Shown here one piece after another: positions 1-9,907 of a stretch of DNA of 64,000 nucleotides. The stretch comes from Rudaea sp. GTDB taxonomy: Bacteria; Pseudomonadota; Gammaproteobacteria; Xanthomonadales; Rhodanobacteraceae. Position numbers and translations under genes: made by a program. Location of the stretch: the NCBI GenBank assembly GCA_035606275.1, contig DATNFS010000135.1, positions 793-64,792 of the forward strand, written 5' to 3'. Each line of letters begins with the position of its first letter. Position 1 is the stretch's first letter. The notes beneath the pieces were generated by a model. That model searched no databases, was not told the origin of the DNA, and was given only the letters and a program-made list of their open reading frames with translations.

Positions 1-462
1 GCTCGTGTGGATCAATTCGGTCGAATGGAAAAGCGTGCGAACGTTGCCGAGCCAGAAGATCGCGAAGACGCCGAGAAATGCCGCGGCCGCCCGCCGCGCC
101 AGCGGCAGATCGCGATCGCGCAGGCAGATCCAGGCGATGCTCGGCGCGGCCGTCAACATGCAGCCCAGACCGGTCGCGATCTGCAGCCACTGATTGCCAT
201 CGAACCGGACCAGTTCGAGCCACGCAACCAGGTTCGGCACCACCGGACGATGCCCGTTGTCCGGTTGCAGCATGTTCAGCGGAAACGGCCGGCTGAGATA
301 GTCCAGGTATTGCCGGTACTGATCGGCATATAGCGCATGCGGCGCCCAGCGCAGGATCGTGGACAGGCTGAAATCCAGGTAGGCCAGCGCGGCCCCACCG
401 AACCACAGTGCCGCGACCCATTGCAGTGCGCGGTCCGGCGGCATTTTCGCGGCCGCGTGCAT
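1..462 (-). CDS. Polytopic membrane protein, GT-C/GtrII-like glycosyltransferase candidate (runs off window edge)
   Basis: Hand translation from ATG at 462, adjacent to the upstream TAG: MHAAAKMPPDRALQWVAALWFGGAALAYL..LYADQY..QPDNGHRPVVPNL.., open to position 1, several hydrophobic segments; not in ORF track. Confidence 0.6.
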   Translation of the reverse strand, partial: MHAAAKMPPDRALQWVAALWFGGAALAYLDFSLSTILRWAPHALYADQYRQYLDYLSRPFPLNMLQPDNGHRPVVPNLVAWLELVRFDGNQWLQIATGLGCMLTAAPSIAWICLRDRDLPLARRAAAAFLGVFAIFWLGNVRTLFHSTELIHTS

Positions 463-1386
463 CTAGCGACGCAGCCGCGCCACGATGCGTTGCGCCACGT
501 AGCGCAAGCGGCCGACGCTTCCGGTGTGGATGGCAGCCTGGGCCCGCTCGAGCTGCCCGGTCAGGTCCGTGAGGTCGCGATAAAGGCGCTGATTGTGCTG
601 GTCGCGCCGGGCCAGCAGGCCGCGCAGTTCCTCGACATCGCCCGCGTCGAGAGTCAGGCCGGGCTGGAAACGCGCGGGCAACGGGTTGTCGACATAGATG
701 GTCGAATGGGTGGCCGCCCGTTCGTCGGCAGGCCGGTCCGTCGTGTAGAAATACAGGGCGACCGACCGGCGCGACAGCTCGCGCCGGTCGTCCGGCAGGG
801 CTATGCGCGGAAAACCGTGCCAGCTCCATTCGGTGGTCTCGAAGATCACGGCGCGGTTGTAAAGCGGCGTGATCGTCGTGACGCGGTCGTCGCGTGCGCG
901 CGGGTCGGAGTGCAGTTGCAGCGACCCGCCCCAGGCATCGTTCCATTCGTGATTGAGATAGACGATCAGGTTCAGGCGCCGGTGCCAGCGTTCGACCGGG
1001 TGCCGGTTGAAGTCGACATGCGCGTCGAGATCCTGGCCGTTGCGGTTCTCGTGCGTCCCGCCGCCGAAGTACCACGGGTCGTACAACAGCTCCGGAATCG
1101 CGGTGATGCGACCGATCAGGTCGAGGAACTGGCGCGACTGCAGCGCGTCGTCGAGCGCCGCGTAGGCCGGCCCGAGGCCGCGGATCTGCTCGACCGTCGA
1201 CTTGTTGCCGAGCTCACCCGCCTCGTTGCGCGCATTGCCACGTTCGAACGGCGGAAACTGCGCCAGCAGCTCGGCGCAATACTGCGGCGCGAAGAAATCG
1301 TCGATGACGACATGACGGAACGGATCGCGCTGCTGGAAGCGCGCGGCGAGGGTGCCGATGCGGTCGTGCAGGTTCGGGTTGAGCAT
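463..1386 (-). CDS. 2OG-Fe(II) oxygenase family protein
   Basis: HVDFN (HxD), WGGSLQL, SWHG and RRSVALYFY motifs. Confidence 0.85.
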   Translation of the reverse strand: MLNPNLHDRIGTLAARFQQRDPFRHVVIDDFFAPQYCAELLAQFPPFERGNARNEAGELGNKSTVEQIRGLGPAYAALDDALQSRQFLDLIGRITAIPELLYDPWYFGGGTHENRNGQDLDAHVDFNRHPVERWHRRLNLIVYLNHEWNDAWGGSLQLHSDPRARDDRVTTITPLYNRAVIFETTEWSWHGFPRIALPDDRRELSRRSVALYFYTTDRPADERAATHSTIYVDNPLPARFQPGLTLDAGDVEELRGLLARRDQHNQRLYRDLTDLTGQLERAQAAIHTGSVGRLRYVAQRIVARLRR

Positions 1387-1497
1387 GGATCGGTGCCGGA
1401 AAATCAGCGCGCAATGATGCCACAGGGCCGGCGACCGCGCCGCGCGGCCGGCGCGAGGAGCATCGCGCCATCCTGCGACGAGGCAGCCGGGCCGCCT

Positions 1498-3234
1498 TCA
1501 CCGGTTCATGCGTTTCAGCACCCGCTCGATGCCGGCGCGCGTTTGCGCGCGCAACAGCCCGGCGCCTTGCCGGCGCAGCGCCGCGCGGTCGCAGCGCGCG
1601 AGCGCCTGGCGCACCTCGAGCATCGAGCTGGGGTGCATGCTGAAGCTGGTCAGGCCGAGCGCGAGCAGCAATGCGGTGTAGCGCGTTGCGCCGGCCATCT
1701 CGCCGCATAGCGTGACCTGCTTGCGCGCACGATGGGCCGTGGCGATGGTCTGCGCCAGCAGCTTGAGCAGGGCCGGATGCAGCGGGTCATAGAGGGTGCC
1801 GAGCGCATCGTTGCCGCGATCGACCGCGAGCGTGTACTGGGTCAGGTCGTTGGTCCCGATCGAGATGAAGTCGAGGTGCCGGATCATCGACGGCAGGGCG
1901 ATCGCCGCGGCCGGCACTTCGATCATGGCGCCGAATTCGTAATGGTCGGTGATCTCGTGCCCGCTCGAGCGCAATTCGCGCGCGCATTCGTCGATCATCA
2001 GGCGCGTTGCGACGATTTCCTCGCAGGTCGTGATCATCGGCACGAGGATGCGCACGCGTCCGAATGCCGCGGCGCGCAGGATGGCGCGCAGCTGCGTGGC
2101 GAACAGCTGCGGATGCGCCATCGACAGGCGTACGCCGCGCACGCCGAGCGCGGGGTTCGGCTCCTTGCTCAGCGCGATGCCCGTCCCGTCGGCCTTGTCG
2201 GCGCCCAGGTCGAGCGTGCGGATCGTGACCGGCAGGCCGCCCATGCCGAGCACGACGTCGCGGTAGGCGACGAACTGCTCTTCCTCGTCCGGCAGTTCGC
2301 GCCGCTGCAGGAACAGGAACTCGGTGCGGTAAAGACCGACGCCGGCCGCGCCGAGCGCGCGCGCCTGCACGATGTCGGGCAGCATTTCGGCATTCGCATG
2401 AAGTTCGATCTGCGCGCCGTCCGCGGTGACGGTCGCGGCGTGCTTGAGGCGCTGCAGTGCCTCGGCGCTGCGCGCCTGCTCGCGCTGGTAGTGGCGGTAG
2501 CGCGCCAGGTCCTGCGCGGTCGGATGAACGATTACCTCACCCAGATTGCCGTCGACCAGCACCAGGTCGTCGTCGCTCAGGTGCTTGAGCGCATCGTGCG
2601 CGCCGACCACCATGGGCAGGCGCATGCTGCGCGCGAGGATCGCGCTGTGCGACAGCGCGCTGCCGCCGGTGGTGACGACGCCGAGCACGCCGTGCGTCGT
2701 TATGTGCGCCAGTTCCGCCGGCGCGATCGTATCGCTGACCAGGATCGTGCCGACGCGCGAGGCGATCTGCCGCTCCGCCGGCGTCGTATCGCGGGCCAGC
2801 ACGGTCTGCACGCGGCCGATGACGTGGTCGATGTCTTCGCGCCGGCTGCGCAGGTACGGATCGTCCAAGGCATCGAACGCCGCCGCCAGGCGGTCGCGCT
2901 GCATCTGCAGCGCCGCGCTGGCGCGGTAGCGACCCTTGCGGATCAGGTCGTACAGGCCGCTGGTCAGCTCCGGGTCTTCCAGGATCAGGCTGTGCGCGTC
3001 GATGAATTCGCCGACGTCGCGCGCCAGCGCGCCGTGCAGCTTGTCGCGCAGCTGATGCAGTTCGTCACGCGCCGCGAACAGGGCGATCTTGAGCCGCTCG
3101 ACCTCGCCCTCGATGTCGGCCGGTGCCAGCGGCCGCGTATCGATCATCGGCTGGCTCGGCTGCACCAGCCGCGCACGGCCGAGCGCCATGCCGCGCGCCG
3201 CGGGGGTTCCTGCTATGACAAGGCGCGTGCTCAA
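1498..3234 (-). CDS. ptsI: Phosphoenolpyruvate-protein phosphotransferase (PTS enzyme I)
   Basis: SHSAILARS phospho-His, GLYRTEFLF, EPNPALGVRGVR, SIGTNDLTQY, CGEMAG. Confidence 0.95.
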   Translation of the reverse strand: MSTRLVIAGTPAARGMALGRARLVQPSQPMIDTRPLAPADIEGEVERLKIALFAARDELHQLRDKLHGALARDVGEFIDAHSLILEDPELTSGLYDLIRKGRYRASAALQMQRDRLAAAFDALDDPYLRSRREDIDHVIGRVQTVLARDTTPAERQIASRVGTILVSDTIAPAELAHITTHGVLGVVTTGGSALSHSAILARSMRLPMVVGAHDALKHLSDDDLVLVDGNLGEVIVHPTAQDLARYRHYQREQARSAEALQRLKHAATVTADGAQIELHANAEMLPDIVQARALGAAGVGLYRTEFLFLQRRELPDEEEQFVAYRDVVLGMGGLPVTIRTLDLGADKADGTGIALSKEPNPALGVRGVRLSMAHPQLFATQLRAILRAAAFGRVRILVPMITTCEEIVATRLMIDECARELRSSGHEITDHYEFGAMIEVPAAAIALPSMIRHLDFISIGTNDLTQYTLAVDRGNDALGTLYDPLHPALLKLLAQTIATAHRARKQVTLCGEMAGATRYTALLLALGLTSFSMHPSSMLEVRQALARCDRAALRRQGAGLLRAQTRAGIERVLKRMNR

Positions 3235-3500
3235 GCGCCCTCGTCGAACTTGCGTTCGAACAGCGCGACCATGTCGTTCAGCGCGGCTTCCTCGTCGACG
3301 CCGTCGGTGCGCAGCGTGATCGTGTTGCCGATCCCGGCGGCGAGCATCATTACGCCCATGATGCTCTTGGCGTTGATTTCACGGCCGCGATGGATCAGGT
3401 AGGCATGGCATTTGTAGCCCTGCAGCAATTGCACGAGCTTGGCCGACGCGCGCGCATGCAGGCCGAGCTTGTTGCTGATCGTGATCTCGCGTTCAAGCAT
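3231..3500 (-). CDS. ptsH: HPr family phosphocarrier protein
   Basis: GLHARAS (His15) and NAKSIMGVMML (Ser46); 89 aa. Confidence 0.93.
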   Translation of the reverse strand: MLEREITISNKLGLHARASAKLVQLLQGYKCHAYLIHRGREINAKSIMGVMMLAAGIGNTITLRTDGVDEEAALNDMVALFERKFDEGA

Positions 3501-3885
3501 CGTCTATCCTGATTCCCGCCCGGCCGCCGAGTGCGGCGGTCTGAGCCAGTTCGGCCAGCGGCTGCTCGGCGTAGTTCAGCACGCGCAGCAGCATCGGCAG
3601 ATTGAGGCCGGATACGCGCCGGATCGGCACTCCGTCGACGACCAGTTTTTCCGCCACGTTGCTCGGCGTCGCACCGTATACGTCGGTCAGCACCAGCACG
3701 CCGTCGCCGGCGTCGAGCCGGCGCAGGTGCGCCCTCGTGTCGCTCAACGCCGCGTCGACGTCGCTGCCGGGCGGGATCGCATGCGCCTCGACCGTCAACG
3801 CCATGCGGCCGAGGATATGGTGCGCGGTCGCGATCAGCGCGTTGCCCATTTCCTCGTGGGTGAGAAGGAGGATGGAGACGGTCAT
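3493..3885 (-). CDS. PTS EIIA component, mannose/fructose type
   Basis: ILLLTH, GVLVLTDVYGATPSN, SGLNLPMLL; start refined to MTVSILL. Confidence 0.9.
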   Translation of the reverse strand: MTVSILLLTHEEMGNALIATAHHILGRMALTVEAHAIPPGSDVDAALSDTRAHLRRLDAGDGVLVLTDVYGATPSNVAEKLVVDGVPIRRVSGLNLPMLLRVLNYAEQPLAELAQTAALGGRAGIRIDDA

Positions 3886-3890
3886 GATGC

Positions 3891-4074
3891 GGGAGAGGGG
3901 AGAGGGGAGAAGGGAGAGGGCAAAGCGGCGGCAGTGCTGCGATCCGAACGGGTCGACAGCGTGTCTTTGGCGAATTTGGGAGCGCAAGGCCGGATGCCAC
4001 ATGCAACGTCCAGGAACGCCCGTGGCGGGATAACCCGGACCTTGCTCTCCCCCCTCTCCCTTCTCCCCTCTCCC
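3891..4074. repeat. Inverted pair of GGGAGAR heptamer arrays
   Basis: 4 units at 3891-3918; 4052-4074 is the exact reverse complement of 3898-3920. Confidence 0.85.
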
Positions 4075-4081
4075 GTCTTCA

Positions 4082-4978
4082 TCACTCCAGCTCCCGATGA
4101 AACGTCAGCACCTGCTCGCGCGTGGCGCGGAAGTGTTCGGCGAGGCGTTCGCACAGGTAGACCGAGCGATGGCGGCCGCCGGTGCAGCCGATGCAGATCG
4201 TGACATAGGAGCGGTTGTCCGCTTCAAAGCGCGGCAGCCATGCGTCGAGGAAGCGCTGTACGTCGTCCAGATACTGGGAAACGTCGGCCTTGCCGGCCAG
4301 CCATTCGCGCACCGGCGCGTCCTTGCCCGACAGCGGGCGCAGGCGCGCGTCCCAATGCGGATTCGGCAGGCAGCGCGCGTCGAACACGAAATCGGCGTCG
4401 GCCGGCACGCCGCGCTTGTAGGCGAATGATTCGAACATCAGCGACAGCGGGCCGCCCGCCATGCCGAGTTCGGTCGCGATCAGGCGGCGCAGCTGATGCA
4501 CGTTGAGGTCACTGGTGTCGATCACGCGCTCGGCTATCCTGACGACCGGTTCGAGCAGCCTGCGCTCGCGCGCGATCGAGTCGTTGAGCGACAGGCCCTC
4601 GCCGGTCAGCGGGTGGCGCCGGCGCGTGTCCGAATAGCGCTTGAACAGCACGTCGTCGCGGGCGTCGAGGAAGATCAGGCGATGCTCGATGCCGGCGCGC
4701 GCGAGTTCGCCCAGCATGTCCGGCAGACGGTTCAGATCCTCGGTACGGTTGCGCGCATCGATACCGACCGCGAGCCGCGGATGCAGCCCCGGTTGTGCCT
4801 GGGTCACTGCCGCGACGAACGCCGGCACCAGGGCGGTCGGCAGGTTGTCGACGCAGTAGTAGTCCAGGTCTTCGAGCGCACGCAGCGCAATCGTCTTGCC
4901 CGAGCCGGACATGCCGCTGACGACGACCAGGCGTGTAGCGGCATTGTGCACAATTGTACTATCCCCGGCGCTGTTCAT
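4082..4978 (-). CDS. rapZ: RNase adapter RapZ
   Basis: SGMSGSGKT P-loop, YCVDNLP, ADFVFDARCLPNPHW, IGCTGGRHRSV. Confidence 0.93.
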   Translation of the reverse strand: MNSAGDSTIVHNAATRLVVVSGMSGSGKTIALRALEDLDYYCVDNLPTALVPAFVAAVTQAQPGLHPRLAVGIDARNRTEDLNRLPDMLGELARAGIEHRLIFLDARDDVLFKRYSDTRRRHPLTGEGLSLNDSIARERRLLEPVVRIAERVIDTSDLNVHQLRRLIATELGMAGGPLSLMFESFAYKRGVPADADFVFDARCLPNPHWDARLRPLSGKDAPVREWLAGKADVSQYLDDVQRFLDAWLPRFEADNRSYVTICIGCTGGRHRSVYLCERLAEHFRATREQVLTFHRELE

Positions 4979-4982
4979 GTGG

Positions 4983-5090
4983 CTACCAGGGCGGTTGGCG
5001 GCGCATCCGGTGCGCCGCCAGGTCGAAGAAGGTCTGCGCCGGGTCGATGCCCCTGGTCCTGGGCACGCGGACATGCCGCGCACGGTCGCT
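4983..5090 (-). pseudogene. Degenerate duplicate of the hprK 3' end
   Basis: Reads [28 protein letters not shown] versus [28 protein letters not shown]; 25-bp identical core (5028-5052 = 5141-5165). Confidence 0.85.
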
Positions 5091-5095
5091 GTGCG

Positions 5096-6052
5096 TCACC
5101 ATGGCGGTTGCCTGCGCATCTGGTGCGCCTGGCGGTCGAGGAAGGTCTGCGCCGGGTCGATGCCCTTGGTCTTGAGTACGTGGTTGCGCACGGCCGCTTC
5201 CACCAGCACGGCCAGGTTGCGGCCGGGTGCGACCGGAATGGTCGTCTGCGGCACCTTGGTGTCGAGCACCTCGCGATAGCTGTTGTCGCCGTAGATGCGC
5301 TCGAGGCCGCCTTCGCCGATCGGCTGCGAGCGCGGCGTGGTCATCAGGTTCACGATCAGGCGCAGGTACTTGGACGGCTTGACCGCCGTGTGGCCGAACA
5401 TCTCGCGCACGTTGAGGATGCCCAGGCCGCGCACCTCGAGCAGGTCCTGCAGCATCTCCGGGCAGGTGCCGTCGATGACGTCCGGCGCGATCTGCATGAA
5501 TTCCGGCGCGTCGTCGGCGACCAGGCGATGGCCGCGCGTGATCAGCTCGAGCGCAAGTTCGCTCTTGCCGGAGCCGGATTCGCCGGTGATCAGCACGCCG
5601 ATCGAGTAGACCTCCATCAGCACTCCGTGCAGGGTCACGCGGCGCGCCAGCATGCGCACGAGGTGATATTGCAGGTACGTCAGCAGTTCGTGGCCGCGCT
5701 GGCTGCTCAGCCAGACCGGCGTCGCCGATTCGTTCGCGGCGTCGCGCAGGTCGGACGGCACCGGCTGGTCCTTGCTGACGATGATCGTCGTCGGCTGGAA
5801 ACCGACGATCTTCTGGATCATCTCCCAGCGCTGGCGCGAATCGAGCGCGTCGAGCCAGGCCAGTTCCTCGGTGCCGATGATCTGGATCTTGTTCGGATAG
5901 ATCGTGTTGAGGTAGCCGACCAGCGACGGGCGTCGCGACTGCTTTTCCGCCGGCACGATTGCACGGCCTTCGCCCTGCTGGCCGGCCACCCAGCGCAGCG
6001 CGAGGCGGGCGCCCACCTTGTCGAACAGTTCGCGTGCGGTCAGCCGTTCCAT
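5096..6052 (-). CDS. hprK: HPr kinase/phosphorylase
   Basis: [48 protein letters not shown]. Confidence 0.95.
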   Translation of the reverse strand: MERLTARELFDKVGARLALRWVAGQQGEGRAIVPAEKQSRRPSLVGYLNTIYPNKIQIIGTEELAWLDALDSRQRWEMIQKIVGFQPTTIIVSKDQPVPSDLRDAANESATPVWLSSQRGHELLTYLQYHLVRMLARRVTLHGVLMEVYSIGVLITGESGSGKSELALELITRGHRLVADDAPEFMQIAPDVIDGTCPEMLQDLLEVRGLGILNVREMFGHTAVKPSKYLRLIVNLMTTPRSQPIGEGGLERIYGDNSYREVLDTKVPQTTIPVAPGRNLAVLVEAAVRNHVLKTKGIDPAQTFLDRQAHQMRRQPPW

Positions 6053-6207
6053 AGCGGCAAATCTGGCAGAGACGCCGTCATTTTGCCAGCAAATTGCGCG
6101 CACCGGCCGGTCAAGCCGGATGCGCGGCTCTGCTCGGGTCCGCCGTCCAATACCTGCGTCGAACCCCTTTTCCGCGACTCGCGATGGTCCGGAGCAAGAA
6201 AATTTCC

Positions 6208-6279
6208 CGCGGATAACGCGGATCGGGCGGATCAACGCCGATAGAGCCTGCGGCTATCGGCTCTTATCCGCAATCATCC
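6208..6279. repeat. Degenerate 9-bp tandem array (CGCGGATAA-like) with partial inverted copy
   Basis: CGCGGATAA CGCGGATCG GGCGGATCA ACGCCGATA, then TTATCCGC AATCATCC. Confidence 0.55.
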
Positions 6280-6322
6280 AAATTGCAGGCGCTGCCTGCT
6301 TCTGGACACGGGGTCGCATCGC

Positions 6323-6658
6323 CTACGGCGGAGCTTCGCCGTGACGCACTTCGCGCGCATCGTCGCGATGGTGGCTGGTGAGCTTTTCCTTGTGCTTCTT
6401 GACCTGGCGGTCGAGCTTGTCGGCGAGGGCATCGATCGCCGCATACATGTCGGTGGCGCGCGCATCGGCGTGGATGGTCTTGCCGGCGGCGCAGTGCACC
6501 GTCGCTTCGGCCTTGTGCAGCAGCTTTTCGAGGCTCAGGGTGACGCTGACATCATGCAGATGGTCGTAGTGGCGGACAATTCGCGTGAACTTGTCGGCAA
6601 CGTAGTCGCGCAGGGCGGGAGTAACGGAAACCTGGTGACCGGTGACTTGGATCTGCAT
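6323..6658 (-). CDS. hpf: Ribosome hibernation promoting factor (HPF/RaiA)
   Basis: MQIQVTGHQVSVTPALRDY, DMYAAIDALADKLDRQVKKHKEK; follows rpoN. Confidence 0.93.
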   Translation of the reverse strand: MQIQVTGHQVSVTPALRDYVADKFTRIVRHYDHLHDVSVTLSLEKLLHKAEATVHCAAGKTIHADARATDMYAAIDALADKLDRQVKKHKEKLTSHHRDDAREVRHGEAPP

Positions 6659-6776
6659 GGCAATCTCCTCGAGTGGTGCTTCGAATTTTGCAGCCCGCAG
6701 CGCCGCGTGACGGACAATCGGCGGCGGACAATCTTTGGACTTGCGTATGGCTTGAGGGTTCCCTGGAGTTCCTCCT

Positions 6777-8264
6777 TCAGCTGAAACGGCTGCGCTCGTT
6801 GGACGAGGGGATGTGCAGCGCCTCGCGGTATTTCGCGACGGTGCGTCGTGCGACCTCGATGCCGCGCCGGTTCAGTTCGACCGCGAGCGCCTGGTCGGAC
6901 ATCGGCCGGGACGGCGTCTCGTCGCCGATCAGCTTGCGGATCATGGCCTGGATCGCCGTTGCGGAAGCCGCGCCGCCGTCGATGGTCGAGACGCCGGACG
7001 AGAAGAAGTACTTGAACTCGAACGTGCCGCGCGGGGTGTGCAGGTACTTGCGCGTGGTCATGCGCGACACGGTCGATTCGTGCATGCCGATCTGTTCGGC
7101 GATGTCGCGCAGCACGAGCGGCCGCATCGCTTCGGGGCCGAAGTCCAGGAACGCGGTCTGCGAGTGGACGATTGCGGTCGCGACCTTGAGCATCGTTTCG
7201 GCACGCGTCTGCAGGCTCTTGATCAGCCAGCGCGCCTCCTGCAGCTGGCCGCGCAGGTAGCTGGCATCGTCACGCTGCGCGCGCGCCATCAGCGAGGTGT
7301 AGTGCGCGTTGATGCTCAGCTTGGGCTGGCAGTTCGGGCTCAGCGACACCTGCCAGCGGCCGCCGCGGCGGAACGCATACGCGTCGGGCGCGACGTATTC
7401 CGCCTTGCTCGGATTGATCTGCGCGCCGGGCTTGGGATCGAGCGAACGCACCAGGCAGATGGCGGTATCCAGGTCCGCGGCACTGACGTGCAGCAGCCGG
7501 CACAGGCGCGTGCGGTCATTGCGCGCGAGCGTCTCCAGATGGCTGCAAACCAGTTCGCGCGCGATCGCCCAGCCCGGCGTGGCCATGTCGAATGCGTCGA
7601 GCTGCGCGCGCAGGCATTCGCTCAACGTGCGGCTGGCGACGCCGAGCGGATCGAAATGCTGGATGCGATGGCGGATCGCCTCGACTTCCTCGACGCTGAC
7701 ATGGTGCAGGCTGGCGAGGTTCTCGCGCAGCGTCTCGCTGGTCTCGTGCAGGTAGCCGTCGTCATCGATCGCCTCGATGATCGTCGCGCCGATCGCGCGG
7801 TCGCGCGGGGACAGCGGCGCCAGGTTGAGCTGCCACAGCAGGTGATCGCGCAGGTCCTCGGGCTCCTGGTCCTGCGATTCGTAGTCGTCGCTGTCGTCAG
7901 AGTTGCGTGAACCATAGTCGCTGCTGCGGCCGAATTCGAAGTCCAGCCCGTCGCCATGGCTGTCGCCGTTGAGCTCTTCGCGGCGCTGCTCCTCGCGACT
8001 GTCGTCGTTGCTCGGCGCGGTTTCGGCCGGCACCGCATCGCCGTTCGTGGTCGCCGTCTCGGCGCCGGCGAATTCCGCGGTCGAGCCTTCTTCGCCGTCC
8101 TCCCCGTCGATCTCCGACAGTTCGAGCAGCGGGTTGGATTCCAGCGCCTGACGCAGTTCCATCTCCAGCTCGACGCTGGACAGCTGCAGCAAGCGGATCG
8201 CCTGCTGCAGCTGCGGCGTCAGGGCGAGCTGTTGATGCAGGCGGAGTTGTAGGGCGGGCTTCAC
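6777..8264 (-). CDS. rpoN: RNA polymerase sigma-54 factor
   Basis: LTPQLQQAIRLLQLS, HESTVSR, RpoN box ARRTVAKYRE; GTG start inferred. Confidence 0.95.
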   Translation of the reverse strand: MKPALQLRLHQQLALTPQLQQAIRLLQLSSVELEMELRQALESNPLLELSEIDGEDGEEGSTAEFAGAETATTNGDAVPAETAPSNDDSREEQRREELNGDSHGDGLDFEFGRSSDYGSRNSDDSDDYESQDQEPEDLRDHLLWQLNLAPLSPRDRAIGATIIEAIDDDGYLHETSETLRENLASLHHVSVEEVEAIRHRIQHFDPLGVASRTLSECLRAQLDAFDMATPGWAIARELVCSHLETLARNDRTRLCRLLHVSAADLDTAICLVRSLDPKPGAQINPSKAEYVAPDAYAFRRGGRWQVSLSPNCQPKLSINAHYTSLMARAQRDDASYLRGQLQEARWLIKSLQTRAETMLKVATAIVHSQTAFLDFGPEAMRPLVLRDIAEQIGMHESTVSRMTTRKYLHTPRGTFEFKYFFSSGVSTIDGGAASATAIQAMIRKLIGDETPSRPMSDQALAVELNRRGIEVARRTVAKYREALHIPSSNERSRFS

Positions 8265-8393
8265 TATCCGATATGTCCAGGCGCCCGGAACAAGCACCGG
8301 GACTGAAGGATAGCGCCGGAACCCCGACGTTAGTCAATCCTCGGAAAGGGGCTATACTGGGTCAATTCGTGCGGCGTTCAGCGGCGCCGAGAG

Positions 8394-8540
8394 CGGGAAT
8401 CGGCAGCGCCCGAAATCAGGGATCGGGGAAACGGCGCGCCGGCGCCGGATCAGTATCGCGACCCGCCGGCGCACGCGACGCTCAAAGCCCCGCCGCTGCC
8501 TTTCCCCGGATCCCGTTTCTGCGTTCGCCGTCCCCGTCCC
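8394..8540. repeat. Degenerate inverted heptamer-like arrays between lptB and rpoN
   Basis: GGGATCGGGGAAA (8429-8441) versus TTTCCCCGGATCCC (8501-8514), flanked by GGGAATC and GTCCCCGTCCC. Confidence 0.5.
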
Positions 8541-9260
8541 TCACATCCTGAATTCGGCGCCGAGATAGACCTCGCGCACCTTGTCGTTCGCCAGCACGTC
8601 CTGCGGCGAGCCCTTCGCCAGCACCGCACCGTCGTTCATGATGTAGGCGCGATCGCAGATGCCGAGCGTCTCGCGCACGTTGTGGTCGGTGATCAGGATG
8701 CCGATGCCGCGCGCCTTGAGCTGGCGCACGATGCGCTGGATCTCGACGACCGAGATCGGATCGATGCCGGCGAACGGCTCGTCGAGCAGCATGAAGCGCG
8801 GCTTCGCGGCCAGCGCCCTGGTGATTTCGACGCGCCGGCGCTCGCCGCCGGACAGACTGACGCCCTTGCTGTCGGCGATATGCGCAATCTGCAGTTCGTC
8901 GAGCAGCGACTCGAGTTCCGCGCGCCGCCCGGCGGCATCCAGGTCGCGGCGCAATTCGAGGATGGCCAGCACGTTTTCGGCGACCGTGAGGCGGCGGAAC
9001 ACCGACGGTTCCTGCGGCAGGTAACCGACGCCCAGGCGCGCGCGCGCGTGCATCGGCATCTGCGTGATGTCCTGCTGGTCGAGCGAAATGCGCCCGGCGT
9101 CGGTGCCGATGAGGCCGACCACCATGTAGAACGTGGTGGTCTTGCCGGCGCCGTTGGGCCCGAGCAGGCCGACCACCTCGCCCTGGTCGAGGCGAAAATC
9201 GAAATCGCGGACGACGCGGCGCCCGCGAAAACTCTTCTGCAGTCCGACCGCGCTCAGCAT
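8541..9260 (-). CDS. lptB: LPS export ABC transporter ATP-binding protein
   Basis: [38 protein letters not shown]. Confidence 0.95.
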   Translation of the reverse strand: MLSAVGLQKSFRGRRVVRDFDFRLDQGEVVGLLGPNGAGKTTTFYMVVGLIGTDAGRISLDQQDITQMPMHARARLGVGYLPQEPSVFRRLTVAENVLAILELRRDLDAAGRRAELESLLDELQIAHIADSKGVSLSGGERRRVEITRALAAKPRFMLLDEPFAGIDPISVVEIQRIVRQLKARGIGILITDHNVRETLGICDRAYIMNDGAVLAKGSPQDVLANDKVREVYLGAEFRM

Positions 9261-9907
9261 CAGGATTTCGGCGCGGCGTCCGGCGCCGCCTTTTTCGCTT
9301 TCGGCGTGCCCGGAAAGCCGCAGTTGTCGGTGCGCGGCGGCGGCTTTGCGCTGCTGGGTTCCATGACCATGCGCACGCGGCTGGTTGCCGAATTGTCGCC
9401 GGCTTCCATGTCGCCGGTGTCCGTGTTGTAGATCATGTGCTCGCTGTGCGACTCGCCGCGCCCGGCCTGGACGACCTTGACGTTGCCGGTCAGCTCGGCC
9501 AGGTTGGTCAGCGGCTTGTAGTCGATCGTGTTCGCGTCGGCCGTCATCAGGCCGCAGTCGCCGTCGTGCACCTGCTGCATGTGCGCCTGCTTGCCGGTCA
9601 GCACCATGTGCGAGAACTTGCCGGCGTTCGGATCCTTGGCGCCCGACGGGATCTGGTAGATGCGGGCATGATCGGCGTGGATCTTGATCGAGCCGCGCGT
9701 GATGACCACGTTGCCATCCAGATCGGTGATGTCCGGATCGCCGGCCGCGCCGGTCTTGCTCTGCGAACTCTTCTGGTGGTTGGCGGTGACGTCCATCGGC
9801 TGGTCGTTGTCGGACGACAGCGCCTGGCATTGCATCGCGGTCAACACCAGCAGCGCGCCCGGCAGGCAGGCGCGCACGCGGAAACGGTTCGCGGCATCTT
9901 TTTTCAT
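9260..9907 (-). CDS. lptA: LPS transport periplasmic protein LptA
   Basis: Signal peptide, [17 protein letters not shown] OstA-like repeats; lies between lptC and lptB. Confidence 0.85.
   Translation of the reverse strand: MKKDAANRFRVRACLPGALLVLTAMQCQALSSDNDQPMDVTANHQKSSQSKTGAAGDPDITDLDGNVVITRGSIKIHADHARIYQIPSGAKDPNAGKFSHMVLTGKQAHMQQVHDGDCGLMTADANTIDYKPLTNLAELTGNVKVVQAGRGESHSEHMIYNTDTGDMEAGDNSATSRVRMVMEPSSAKPPPRTDNCGFPGTPKAKKAAPDAAPKS

Noticed and set aside
337-3402. Long plus-strand ORFs 337-1710 and 1732-3402
   Set aside because: Antisense shadows of the oxygenase and ptsI; common in high-GC DNA, no motifs
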